This document shows, piece after piece, positions 1-8,908 of a stretch of 25,914 nucleotides of DNA. The DNA lies in IMG/VR virus record IMGVR_UViG_3300025469_000026; one strand, written 5' to 3'. How positions within the stretch are numbered: position 1 is the stretch's first letter; each line of letters starts with the position of its first letter. Both the position numbers and the translations under genes were made by a program. The notes under the pieces are model-generated. The model did not search any database. It worked only from the letters and a program-made list of their open reading frames with translations, and was not told the origin of the DNA. The DNA is from a virus.

Positions 1-3000
1 TGGTATTCACGTTCCCAGGATTCCCTAAGAATGGACCGAAAGCTGTAAACCCTGTTACAGCATTTGTAAACGTCGTATCCGAACAAGCCATATCAGCACC
101 ACTGCCAGAAGCATTCGCATAATCCACCTGTCGAATCTGCGCTGGATTACCTCCAATACTCCCCGGCAAGAATCCATTGTACCCAGCGGTTGCAGTGGTT
201 GTGCAGTTGATGACAAGCGTTTTTTGTGATGTGGTTAAACTCGGACCGTAGGAGTATCCGTATCCACTGCCATTATTTGCAGCGAAAGTGTTCTTGGAAT
301 TTCCCGTACCTGAATAGTCGAGTACAATCATCGCTCCAGAGACAGAGCCGCTGAACGTGCATGTGAAAGTGTCGGAACCAGGATAATACTGTTTCTGAAT
401 CGTCCACGAAGGCCGAAGGTGCATCGTTCCGTAGTTATAATCATATTCTTGGTTCCATATGTTACCGAGCGAATCTGTCACTGTAGCAGAACCATCTGAA
501 CTAGTATTCTGGCAAGCGACGTACAGCAAGTCATTCGTCATCACATTTATTGCCGGACTGGTGATTGTCGTACCTGTCGTTCCCGCTGTTACGAACGTTG
601 ATTGCTTGAATACGGGCACACCGCCAGCTATCAAGTCCCACTCAGCCGCAGCGTTGTAGCCAGTGCAGCGATAAATGCCTGCGTTAGACGTGGACAAGAG
701 CCAAGTACCATTGATGTTTCCACTTGAACAGTAGCCCATATCTGCATCAATGGCACTTAGCTTAGCATATTGTCCAATGGCCAGCCCTCCGCCATTGTAG
801 GGCATCCATACGCGAGTGTAATAACCGCCGCTTACACCGTTCCCGTACCAGTTCGCATATCCTTCCCCTGTATTGTAGTTACCAAGAGCCAAGGTGCCGA
901 AAGTTTGCAGATAACTCCCAGTGAAAATAGGATTTTTTATGGGAGCACAATTTGCAGCAGAGTTACAATTGAATGACACGAACCCAGTCCCCGGCGCGGT
1001 AACAACTCCTGCCCATGCAGGAGGCATCTGCGCCACGTAAGTGGATGAGAAGGGATTTCCTGTTTCACCAAATGAGCCGGTATTCACTCCAGGCCAATCC
1101 CAATACTGTCCGATTGCTGCATTGCTAGTACTCTTTCCTTGCAGCACTAACCAAGCATTTACGGTGTTAACAGTTGGCTCAAATGTACCAAAACTACCGT
1201 TATACAGAGGAATAGTGTTTTGAATAACTACGGCACCAGCAGTGTGCGCCTGTGCCCAAAATGATTGGAAACACGCTTCGATTTGTGCTGCTGATAGCCC
1301 TTGCCCTACGTCATTGTTACCGGCAGACTCTTCAAGAAAATACAAAGGCTTACCAGTAACTGATGGCAACAAATCTCCAAACATCGCAGTGAAGTTGGTA
1401 GACTGATCGCAAATCATACCGGTAGTGCCGCCGTAAACATTCGTCAAATCCAACCCGTTGCGGAACTGCCACGAGTTAGCAGTTGCAAGAACTGATTTCA
1501 ACAAGTCGGACGTTCTTATCGAGATGAAGTACGTAGCATCCTCTATTGTTCCTCCAGAACCAGATGTCGCTACAAGGCAGTTGGTCTGGAACTCAAACTG
1601 CGTACTGCTCAAGCCTGTTGATAAAACTTGGAACACACGGTTTCCAGTGCCATAGTACGGCAAAGCACTGCAATTTGGGCCTCCATTAAAACCACTATTT
1701 AGTTGGAACCACTGACCGGCCACATAACCGTTAGACGCTGTGACTGTGCAATGACCTCCAGATGTACAACTCGACGCTGTGGCCGTAATTGTCGCACCTA
1801 GAGTATTTCCGCTGTCATCGAAACAACCAGAGTCACTGTTAAAAACTACATTCGCCCCGGTAAGAAATGAGGATGAGTACTGCGGCACGTTCAGCGTGCC
1901 AGACACAACTGTAGCAGGACCATAGGTGCCTGTCGTGGTCAGCCCAGTGATGAAGGGCGAGCCTCCAGGTGTTGTTGCCGTATAGCAAGGGTTTGGAGTG
2001 CTCGCTGTGGTTAGGGTCACTGCCTCTCCATCAGTAGGAGTATAGCCAGTGCAGAACGGTACGCCGTCAAGGCCAATTACCGTTTGCGATGAAATGGTTC
2101 CTGAAAGATCGCCGCCTGCTGTGAACGAGCCACCACTGCTAGGTGTTGTATAACTACCAGCGCCATTCAAAAAAGTAGTATTTGATCCTCCTGTGGTCAG
2201 AGTTACACCATTGATGCTGGCACCCGTGATCGTTGGCGAGTTTTTCAGCACCGCGCCGCCTGTACCCGTCGCATCCGCAAACTGTGGCGTATTTACCCAA
2301 TGAGCAGGAACAGTTGTCACAGGTCCAGTCTTTGCCGCCACTGTCACAGTATTAAATACAGGCGAACCGGTATTGTAGCAGGTTCCAGCCAGTTTGCCTG
2401 CTTGGTTATAACTGCTCGACATATTCACGATGGAGAAAGAAACTGTGCCAAGAGAGCTTGTGGGAGCCGTAAGATACAAGTAGTTGGCGTCAACAGGCGC
2501 ACCACCCTCCGAGTAGGCGTATTGTTTCAGTACCATTGTTCCATTGGTATCGCCGCTCAAAAACCAGTGAGACATTTCGTAACTACCCTGATTGCTGGTC
2601 AGTGTCAAATCGCACGCAAGATGACTCGTTGGCGGCGTGCTGCCCGTTGTGATTGTCACAACCTGTGAATTGTCACCGCTAGCCGCATCTACTCCCCATA
2701 TAACATTGAAACTGCTCGATACAGTTATAGTTGGAATAACTCCCTCAGCGCCTAGTGTAGGTGCAACGTAAGCCAACGTGGAAGCCGTAGACACAGGAAT
2801 AATACCACCTGCCATCTGCACAACCACTGAAGACGAATTTAATGCGTTGATGTTCTGAATTTCGAGATTGGCATTTCCAGTGATAGAGACGCGCTGCGCC
2901 ACGTCCATATCTGTCGCCGAAGAGCAAATCAGATTATAGTGATCGCTAGCCGTGCCAGTATCAGAATTATTCGTGTACCCGTCATGGCCTGATGCCACCG

Positions 3001-5215
3001 TCGCAGTGAACCCTGTTGCCGTTGCGGTCAGCGGATAGACACCTGTACCATTCAACCATGATTCTCCTGTCCCCGCAAAAACATAGTTATTTCCTACCAA
3101 TATTGTTGAGATATTCGTTGTCGTACCTATAAAAGTAGCTGTGGTTCCAATCACTGAAACCGATGTAATGGTAAATATCGGAGTAGCGCATGTCGTAGCA
3201 CCAGCATTCAATGTTCCTGTTGTGCCAGTAACCGTCACGGGTTTTACGCTATAATTACCTGTAGACCAGTCTGTACCTGGCGCAAGAATCATCCCAGCAT
3301 AAAGCGTAGTACCAGAAGGCAATGCAGCGAATGCGTAATCAGAACTGTTCAGAAGATTTGACTGAACGCCATACTGGTAGACCTGCATCAAATTCAAATC
3401 GCCTATTATCTGGCTTATTTCGGAAGAGTTACTGTTAGTTCCACTACTATGATTGGAATTTCCTACCGCCATCAAAGGCGTATTACCCGTACCTATAAAA
3501 ATAGAATTGCGAGAAACACTAGGTATACCCACAAATGGGACTGTGGTATTTGATTCTATTCCAGATTGAAATTGCGTATTTGTCGTAGTAAGTTGTACCG
3601 ACTTACTGTTCGCGGGAATTACCGCTACGCTTGTAAAATTGAATCCCGCTGTTGTTGTTGTTCCGGGAGCAATCCAGTCTGTATCCATATTGATGAAAAA
3701 CTGTGGTGGGTTTGTGTAGGTAGGACAGCTATAAGCGGTAACTACGCCCTCACCTGACTGAATAGACGTATTCACTTCTACTTTCACATCGTGCATGTTA
3801 AGCCAAATCTGTCCACATCCAGACTGACTGTCCAGTACAATAGCAGGCCCAGAATATGAAGCCGTGGATCGATTATCTACTGTTCCCGTCCCTACTTCAA
3901 AACTATCCGAACGACCACGCCAGTAAATGCCTCCTAATTGCGCACCATCTGAACGCCATCCTCCGTTAAATTTAACATTGATACCACCAGTAGGAAAGTA
4001 GTAGGAGTACATCTGCGCCCCTGCTACCCACACGTTCTCGATATTTGTTCCAGTATCAATACGACTACCAAAATAGTATCCAACATCAAAAGGATTACCA
4101 GAATTTCCTATGGCGATGCTTTTAATTTCTTGCATATATCTCGCATTGCCGTCTGTCGCAAATACCACATTCTTTGAGGTTGCTGTACAGGAATCTGTAT
4201 ATGTTCCTGTCAACCATAGGTCATCTGCTCCAACTGCGGTAAACGTACTGCCTGTCGAAGACGTAACTTGCAACAAAATACGATTGAGATAAGGATAAAC
4301 CGTACAACCTTCAATGTCTACCCATGTCCCTGCTGCAAAACTGTTTGTGGATGTAAAATTAACAACCATGGGTGCGCGACGATTCTGAGTTCCTACGCCT
4401 CCAGTAGTTTCTGGAAATGCAGGTGAATAAGTACATCCCGATCCGCCCGTCGTGCAGTTATTACTTACAGTGAAACCGGTTATTGACGCAATAACCCCTG
4501 TCGTTGGAAGATAAGGAAGGATGGTAGGTGGTGTGCCAGCCTGTGAAGCACTCGCAATCGTGCCAACTATCTGACAACCATCGTAGGCATTGATCGTCGC
4601 AGTTGTTTTATATGTATAAGGCCCAGGAAACTCAACTACTCCACCAATTCCTGCATTTGCTTGGTTATAACACGCTGTAAAAGCTGCCTGAATCGCGTCC
4701 GTATCGTCTGTTGTTCCATTACCTACTGCACCGTATGCCCGAACATTAAATGTTGCACCATTGATTCCTAGATTTGCTTGCGCCCCTGGAAGTGTAGGTG
4801 ATCCTGTTCCACCTTCCGGTATCGTGCATGGCGAGCTACTTCCGCATCCCGTTCCTCCTCCACCTCCTACGTTTACACCTGTTATTGTTACCGGAGTACT
4901 ATAAACGTTAGGATAAATACCGCCACTTAACTTTACATCATATCCTCCTGTAGCTACATATATTGGCGGTATAGAACCATCTGAATTAGCTTGCAATGGA
5001 GTCTGTGGTGTAGACGTTGCAATCGTTGTTGTACCTGTCAAATAAACAGTAACAGTACAATAAGGGATTATTCCCTCTAAATAGTTGCTAGATTTCGATC
5101 CTGACGTGACCGCCTGTACACCGTTTTGAACGCAATTATATACAGGGATAGCTGCTGTCTGACCATAAGCCAGAGTAGCGAAAAATAACGTTCCTAATGC
5201 TAAAATCTTCTTCAT
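1..5215 (-). CDS. Large tailspike / tail-fibre-like protein (>=1738 aa, truncated by the left window edge): N-terminal Sec-type signal peptide, pectin-lyase-like beta-helix region, Thr/Gly-rich linkers, SGNH-like domain
   Basis: Not in the ORF track. ATG at 5215 follows GGAGGTAAGTAAC. Manual translation: MKKILALGTLFFATLAYGQTAAIPVYNC... and FNVRAYGAVGNGTTDDTDAIQAAFTAC (about 4755-4675, a classic tailspike/pectate-lyase-3 start motif). Spot checks at about 4080, 3540, 2280, 1800, 1260, 900, 720 and 2-200 were all open in the same frame. Absence from the track fits an ORF with no stop inside the window. Confidence 0.85.
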   Translation of the reverse strand, partial: MKKILALGTLFFATLAYGQTAAIPVYNCVQNGVQAVTSGSKSSNYLEGIIPYCTVTVYLTGTTTIATSTPQTPLQANSDGSIPPIYVATGGYDVKLSGGIYPNVYSTPVTITGVNVGGGGGTGCGSSSPCTIPEGGTGSPTLPGAQANLGINGATFNVRAYGAVGNGTTDDTDAIQAAFTACYNQANAGIGGVVEFPGPYTYKTTATINAYDGCQIVGTIASASQAGTPPTILPYLPTTGVIASITGFTVSNNCTTGGSGCTYSPAFPETTGGVGTQNRRAPMVVNFTSTNSFAAGTWVDIEGCTVYPYLNRILLQVTSSTGSTFTAVGADDLWLTGTYTDSCTATSKNVVFATDGNARYMQEIKSIAIGNSGNPFDVGYYFGSRIDTGTNIENVWVAGAQMYSYYFPTGGINVKFNGGWRSDGAQLGGIYWRGRSDSFEVGTGTVDNRSTASYSGPAIVLDSQSGCGQIWLNMHDVKVEVNTSIQSGEGVVTAYSCPTYTNPPQFFINMDTDWIAPGTTTTAGFNFTSVAVIPANSKSVQLTTTNTQFQSGIESNTTVPFVGIPSVSRNSIFIGTGNTPLMAVGNSNHSSGTNSNSSEISQIIGDLNLMQVYQYGVQSNLLNSSDYAFAALPSGTTLYAGMILAPGTDWSTGNYSVKPVTVTGTTGTLNAGATTCATPIFTITSVSVIGTTATFIGTTTNISTILVGNNYVFAGTGESWLNGTGVYPLTATATGFTATVASGHDGYTNNSDTGTASDHYNLICSSATDMDVAQRVSITGNANLEIQNINALNSSSVVVQMAGGIIPVSTASTLAYVAPTLGAEGVIPTITVSSSFNVIWGVDAASGDNSQVVTITTGSTPPTSHLACDLTLTSNQGSYEMSHWFLSGDTNGTMVLKQYAYSEGGAPVDANYLYLTAPTSSLGTVSFSIVNMSSSYNQAGKLAGTCYNTGSPVFNTVTVAAKTGPVTTVPAHWVNTPQFADATGTGGAVLKNSPTITGASINGVTLTTGGSNTTFLNGAGSYTTPSSGGSFTAGGDLSGTISSQTVIGLDGVPFCTGYTPTDGEAVTLTTASTPNPCYTATTPGGSPFITGLTTTGTYGPATVVSGTLNVPQYSSSFLTGANVVFNSDSGCFDDSGNTLGATITATASSCTSGGHCTVTASNGYVAGQWFQLNSGFNGGPNCSALPYYGTGNRVFQVLSTGLSSTQFEFQTNCLVATSGSGGTIEDATYFISIRTSDLLKSVLATANSWQFRNGLDLTNVYGGTTGMICDQSTNFTAMFGDLLPSVTGKPLYFLEESAGNNDVGQGLSAAQIEACFQSFWAQAHTAGAVVIQNTIPLYNGSFGTFEPTVNTVNAWLVLQGKSTSNAAIGQYWDWPGVNTGSFGETGNPFSSTYVAQMPPAWAGVVTAPGTGFVSFNCNSAANCAPIKNPIFTGSYLQTFGTLALGNYNTGEGYANWYGNGVSGGYYTRVWMPYNGGGLAIGQYAKLSAIDADMGYCSSGNINGTWLLSTSNAGIYRCTGYNAAAEWDLIAGGVPVFKQSTFVTAGTTGTTITSPAINVMTNDLLYVACQNTSSDGSATVTDSLGNIWNQEYDYNYGTMHLRPSWTIQKQYYPGSDTFTCTFSGSVSGAMIVLDYSGTGNSKNTFAANNGSGYGYSYGPSLTTSQKTLVINCTTTATAGYNGFLPGSIGGNPAQIRQVDYANASGSGADMACSDTTFTNAVTGFTAFGPFLGNPGNVNT

Positions 5216-5216
5216 G

Positions 5217-5426
5217 TTACTTACCTCCCGATTGAGCCACTGTTAAAACTGTCAAACTGTCTTTCTCTACCAATAAATCAACCCCAAAATAAGGGCATGA
5301 TTTGTTAGAGCATGACACCATGAAAAACTTACTTGCTGTCCAAGGAAGTTGATTCGGATTCGCTGTCCCACAACTAGGACAACTCAATAGCGCGGGAGTT
5401 GTCCACTGGTATCCTGGAGTAATCAT
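5217..5426 (-). CDS. Small hypothetical protein with a CxxC...CxxxxC zinc-ribbon-like motif
   Basis: ORF track 69 aa with CPSC and CSNKSC; tightly packed in the operon with an AGG-type RBS upstream. Confidence 0.7.
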   Translation of the reverse strand: MITPGYQWTTPALLSCPSCGTANPNQLPWTASKFFMVSCSNKSCPYFGVDLLVEKDSLTVLTVAQSGGK

Positions 5427-5437
5427 AAAAAAACCTC

Positions 5438-5845
5438 TTACTTCGTTGCTTGCAGCGTTACTGAAACAGGATTAGCCAACGTTTTCAGATATGCCGCAAT
5501 AAACTTAGGCCAGATATTGCTTGCCATGTCGTAACGATACGTGTACGATCCTGTTGAAACCCCAACTTGACTAGCTTGCGTAATGCTCCCTATTTTTACA
5601 AAACTCGTCGGTGTATCACTATTTGCTGCAAGAATGTCTACCTCAAAGTTTCCCGGATTTCCTGAAAACGTAAGCTCAAACGACAAACCCCAAGGATAAA
5701 TCACGTTGGGAACACGCTCTAGCTGGTACGCTACACTCAGAGAAACAGGATAAGTATCCACGGGAACCGTTTCTGTCTCCCACATATATACTTGACGATT
5801 TGCTGGTAACAATTGTGCAAGGCCACTTCCTGGATATGCTGGCAT
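5438..5845 (-). CDS. Putative virion structural protein (tail / head-closure region)
   Basis: 135 aa beta-rich ORF with AGGAGG RBS, located between the adaptor-like gene and the tailspike; function inferred from position only. Confidence 0.65.
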   Translation of the reverse strand: MPAYPGSGLAQLLPANRQVYMWETETVPVDTYPVSLSVAYQLERVPNVIYPWGLSFELTFSGNPGNFEVDILAANSDTPTSFVKIGSITQASQVGVSTGSYTYRYDMASNIWPKFIAAYLKTLANPVSVTLQATK

Positions 5846-5857
5846 TTTTATTTCCTC

Positions 5858-7102
5858 CTACCGCTCAAACCAACCGACATTGCCGGTCCTGTTATTGTTC
5901 ATTGATGAATCGCCGTTGTTTGGAATATTTCTACGCGCCTTTGTCAAATACAGATCAGAGATATTCCTATCTACAATCCTTATTCTCTTGAGACGATCCA
6001 CGTATTCTTCGTGGTATGCCTTTGCTAAAAACTGCCAATTTGCTCCCGACCCGCGTTCCATCTCGTCTCCGCGCTGCCCTTCTTTCCAGAGGGAGCACAT
6101 TTCGTAGGCTCTTTGTCTTACTAACTCTTCTGTAAGTGGAAAAGGAAGAGTATCAGTAGGCAAAGATAACTCAGGCCAGTTACACTCGCATTGAAATGTA
6201 TACGGAAGTTGGCTAGTTGGTCCAGGCCATAATTCAAAAAGTTGCTGACCATAAGTTGCACTACCCGGTCTAGTGTCTGGACCAAAAGGTACTACAAAGC
6301 TAGGTTGGCTAAATATCGTCCTTTGTGGGTCTTCGTTCGCTAAGTCCGCTTGCGACATACTCGTAAAATCCATAAATTGATTATTCGTGTAATCGCTAAT
6401 TTGCATCCATCTCCTAAAACCTAGAGGAGCAGGATAGTAAGCCTGATAAATTAAGTAGCTACCGTTCGTCTGAGACGGTTCCATCCACGGCCTATCAATC
6501 GTCAACGTAGCAATTAAAGTAACTGAGAACGTAGCTGGTGTTCCACCCTCAGACAAAGTAATGTACGGAGTTGTATAGTTACTTCCTGTCGTCAAAACTA
6601 CAGGGGGTAATGTCACGGTTCCGTTTGCATTCACAGTTATTGAAACTGTTCCCGCTGCACCTATAGACGGGTCTAAAACAGGTACAGTATATGTTCCTGG
6701 AGTCTGTCCTGACCCTGGAGTTAGTATCGTCACATAGGCAACCGTTCCGTTATTTCCTTGCGCGATAATGTTATACAATGAATATGTTGGAACACGAATT
6801 TGTTGTTGCGTCAAAAGAGGTGGAGACGTAACGCTATTCCACGCCGCAGTTGCTACTGCATCTCCAGTAATCGTGTTGGTAAATGGTGTTACTGAGATTG
6901 TTCCCGGACTAACTAACTGTGTTTGAGAATTAGGACCACCAAGAGCATTTGGAGTAAGCCATCCTCCAGTTTGTATCTGGAAGTTCCAGACGTTTTCATT
7001 TTGAATCGCCGTAAACGCCTCATTTATGCGTGTAGCCGCAAGCCCCCTGTTCATTTCAGAGAACGTACCCAACACATCTTGAATGAGGTTTTGAAACGCC
7101 AC
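5858..7102 (-). CDS. Putative head-to-tail adaptor / tail tubular protein with an inserted Gly/Thr-rich beta domain
   Basis: 414 aa, GTG start after a GGGAG RBS. Helical N-terminus and a C-terminal P..TDTLPFP...EL...AY pattern, as in adaptor-type proteins. Lies downstream of MCP. Confidence 0.55.
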   Translation of the reverse strand: MAFQNLIQDVLGTFSEMNRGLAATRINEAFTAIQNENVWNFQIQTGGWLTPNALGGPNSQTQLVSPGTISVTPFTNTITGDAVATAAWNSVTSPPLLTQQQIRVPTYSLYNIIAQGNNGTVAYVTILTPGSGQTPGTYTVPVLDPSIGAAGTVSITVNANGTVTLPPVVLTTGSNYTTPYITLSEGGTPATFSVTLIATLTIDRPWMEPSQTNGSYLIYQAYYPAPLGFRRWMQISDYTNNQFMDFTSMSQADLANEDPQRTIFSQPSFVVPFGPDTRPGSATYGQQLFELWPGPTSQLPYTFQCECNWPELSLPTDTLPFPLTEELVRQRAYEMCSLWKEGQRGDEMERGSGANWQFLAKAYHEEYVDRLKRIRIVDRNISDLYLTKARRNIPNNGDSSMNNNRTGNVGWFER

Positions 7103-7113
7103 AATTTAACTCC

Positions 7114-7362
7114 CTATTTTCCTGATACCCGTTTGCGAACAACTTTCTTCTTTGTCTGTGGCTTCTTTGCCACATTTCTTGTTTTTGTTACCGTTGCCAC
7201 AATCTTTTTACCCCCAACCGTACTCATGCCCTCTTTGTGGACTTTACCCTTAGCTTTACGAGACTTCTTTGCACGATGATGTTTATACGCAGGATTACCG
7301 TCAAAATGCGCGTCATCCCCGTCTTCCATCCACAACTTTGTCTTCGTCTTTTTTGTTGCCAT
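7114..7362 (-). CDS. Highly basic Lys/Arg-rich small protein (possible DNA-condensing or core protein)
   Basis: 82 aa MATKKTKTKL...KKKVVRKRVSGK; AGGAAAGGGA RBS; lies in the structural operon. Confidence 0.7.
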   Translation of the reverse strand: MATKKTKTKLWMEDGDDAHFDGNPAYKHHRAKKSRKAKGKVHKEGMSTVGGKKIVATVTKTRNVAKKPQTKKKVVRKRVSGK

Positions 7363-7383
7363 CGAAATCCCTTTCCTGTTAAA

Positions 7384-7424
7384 ACGCCCTCCATAGTCAA
7401 CCCTTCCGGGGCTACAGAGGGCGT
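7384..7424 (-). terminator. Intergenic stem-loop (weak terminator or processing site)
   Basis: Minus strand ACGCCCTCTGTAG/CTATGGAGGGCGT stem (G-U pairs on the minus strand), inner CCC-GGAA-GGG tetraloop, followed by TTT. Confidence 0.5.
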
Positions 7425-7477
7425 AAGTTGTCTGTCCACCGGGAGAGGTTTAGATCAGACCTTGTGAAAAATCTTTA

Positions 7478-7807
7478 CTACTGTGGTGCTCCAATCACAC
7501 CCATCTGAATTTGCTCTGCGGAAAGATTTTGACCGGTAACTGCTACCCATGCAGGGAATGTATACCATTTCAACGTCCATCCTTCAGCACTTCCGATTCC
7601 TATCGGCTCAGGAACCGCCGCATAATTTCCACTCAGCGTCACCACTAAACCAGCTAACGGAGCATCAATGTTAAAGGGATTCTCTGTTGAAAGAATGTCC
7701 CCCGTGGTCGAATTGTACGACGCAGGTCCATATCCACTTCCGACGTAAATCTGTCGGTTGCCTACCATTGTCGGATAATCCACATCGTTAATCGATGAAA
7801 GAATCAT
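7478..7807 (-). CDS. Putative virion structural protein
   Basis: 109 aa ORF with AAGGTG RBS in the head module. Confidence 0.65.
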   Translation of the reverse strand: MILSSINDVDYPTMVGNRQIYVGSGYGPASYNSTTGDILSTENPFNIDAPLAGLVVTLSGNYAAVPEPIGIGSAEGWTLKWYTFPAWVAVTGQNLSAEQIQMGVIGAPQ

Positions 7808-7820
7808 TTTTTCACCTTGT

Positions 7821-7844
7821 AGGGGCGGATATTAAACCGCCCCT
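7821..7844. promoter_or_regulatory. GC-rich intergenic inverted repeat
   Basis: Perfect 8-bp stem AGGGGCGG-N8-CCGCCCCT, with no U-tract on the coding strand. Confidence 0.5.
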
Positions 7845-7855
7845 TTCCCTAATCG

Positions 7856-8680
7856 TTAGTCTTGGATACATGGTCCGTCAAGAAGAATCTTAAACGGAGT
7901 ATTTGCAAGAGGTGTAGCGATAGGATCAACAACAGAACCGATTGCGTAAGGACCAAAAGTTGCACTCGATGCAGTCATTGTTCCATCTGCCAAAGAACTC
8001 TTAACAATTGCAAACTGGTTAGCAGCCTGAGTTTGCGAAGCCGTTGCAAGTACCGTGGCAAGTCCTAGCTCTTGAACAAATCCGTAGTTACCCGGAGTAA
8101 TCGAATTCAAGAACACCACAGGACGTACAAAGTTTGTCGCAACATCCGCACTCGTAACAATGTTAGGAGTCGAGTTCAACTGCGCCACCACTGTTCCAGG
8201 AGTTCCACCTGTTACCAATGTGAACGTAGGTACTGACGTGTACCCATATCCACCATTAAGAACAGTAACAGTAATCGCCGTGGCACTCGTTACAACAACT
8301 TGAATAAGGGCACCTGTTCCGCCACCACCTGTAGCTGCAACTCGGTAGGTTCCTACCGTCTGACCAGTTCCTTCAGTCAGAACAACAACACTGGCCACAG
8401 ACGTTCCTTGACGCATAAAGCCAACTGTTCCAGTTTTTACATTTGCAGCAGTTGCTCCTGAATCAACAAGAACCCAGCGATAACGACCGTTGTACAAAAT
8501 CCCTGTAGCCGTATCGGAAGCATCCAATGCCTCTTTGTTTGTTAGGTCCGCATAGATTCCAGGATACAATCCCTCACCGTACCACGGCTGTCCTGTCATG
8601 TTATCGGTTTGACCCGATAACGAAGTGGAATTCTGCGAATTGATGTTTTTCCAAGATGGAAATCCGCGTACTAATGGCAT
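7856..8680 (-). CDS. Putative capsid decoration / cement protein with an inserted Gly/Thr-rich domain
   Basis: 274 aa, first gene after MCP, AAGGAG RBS, beta-strand-rich composition. Confidence 0.55.
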   Translation of the reverse strand: MPLVRGFPSWKNINSQNSTSLSGQTDNMTGQPWYGEGLYPGIYADLTNKEALDASDTATGILYNGRYRWVLVDSGATAANVKTGTVGFMRQGTSVASVVVLTEGTGQTVGTYRVAATGGGGTGALIQVVVTSATAITVTVLNGGYGYTSVPTFTLVTGGTPGTVVAQLNSTPNIVTSADVATNFVRPVVFLNSITPGNYGFVQELGLATVLATASQTQAANQFAIVKSSLADGTMTASSATFGPYAIGSVVDPIATPLANTPFKILLDGPCIQD

Positions 8681-8729
8681 TTTGAATCTCCTTTACTGCA
8701 AAACTGATTCCTTTGTTTAGTTCCACTTA

Positions 8730-8908
8730 GTGAACTACCCCCATGTCTAAATCCGGGGGCTTCCGGTTTCAACGGCATCTGCGTAGGTTGAGGACTTGCG
8801 TCCCAACTTACGTCTTACGTTGCCTCCACCGGCTGTAGCGCCAATCCCTGACGCCAGTATCCGTAGACCTTCGTCTCGGATATTCCTTGCCGCATTTATA
8901 TCGCGGTC
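8730..8908 (-). mobile_element. tnpB: IS200/IS605 remnant: tnpB 3' end (53 codons) plus right end / omegaRNA region, with no left end
   Basis: Translates as DRDINAARNIRDEGLRILASGIGATAGGGNVRRKLGRKSSTYADAVETGSPRI*; DRDxNAAxNI is the conserved TnpB C-terminal RuvC motif. It is followed by GAAG, an imperfect hairpin CCCCCGG..ATGGGGG and the terminal GTAGTTCAC. GAAG/TCAC obeys the IS608-type guide/cleavage pairing rule. Confidence 0.85.

Noticed and set aside
2745-2927. 60-aa minus-strand ORF
   Set aside because: Nested out of frame inside the continuous tailspike ORF
8730-8900. IscB omegaRNA / HEARO RNA or an IStron suggested by GTGAACTACCCC on the plus strand
   Set aside because: The reverse strand encodes the TnpB DRDxNAAxNI tail and a TCAC right end; no group I intron core or iscB is nearby
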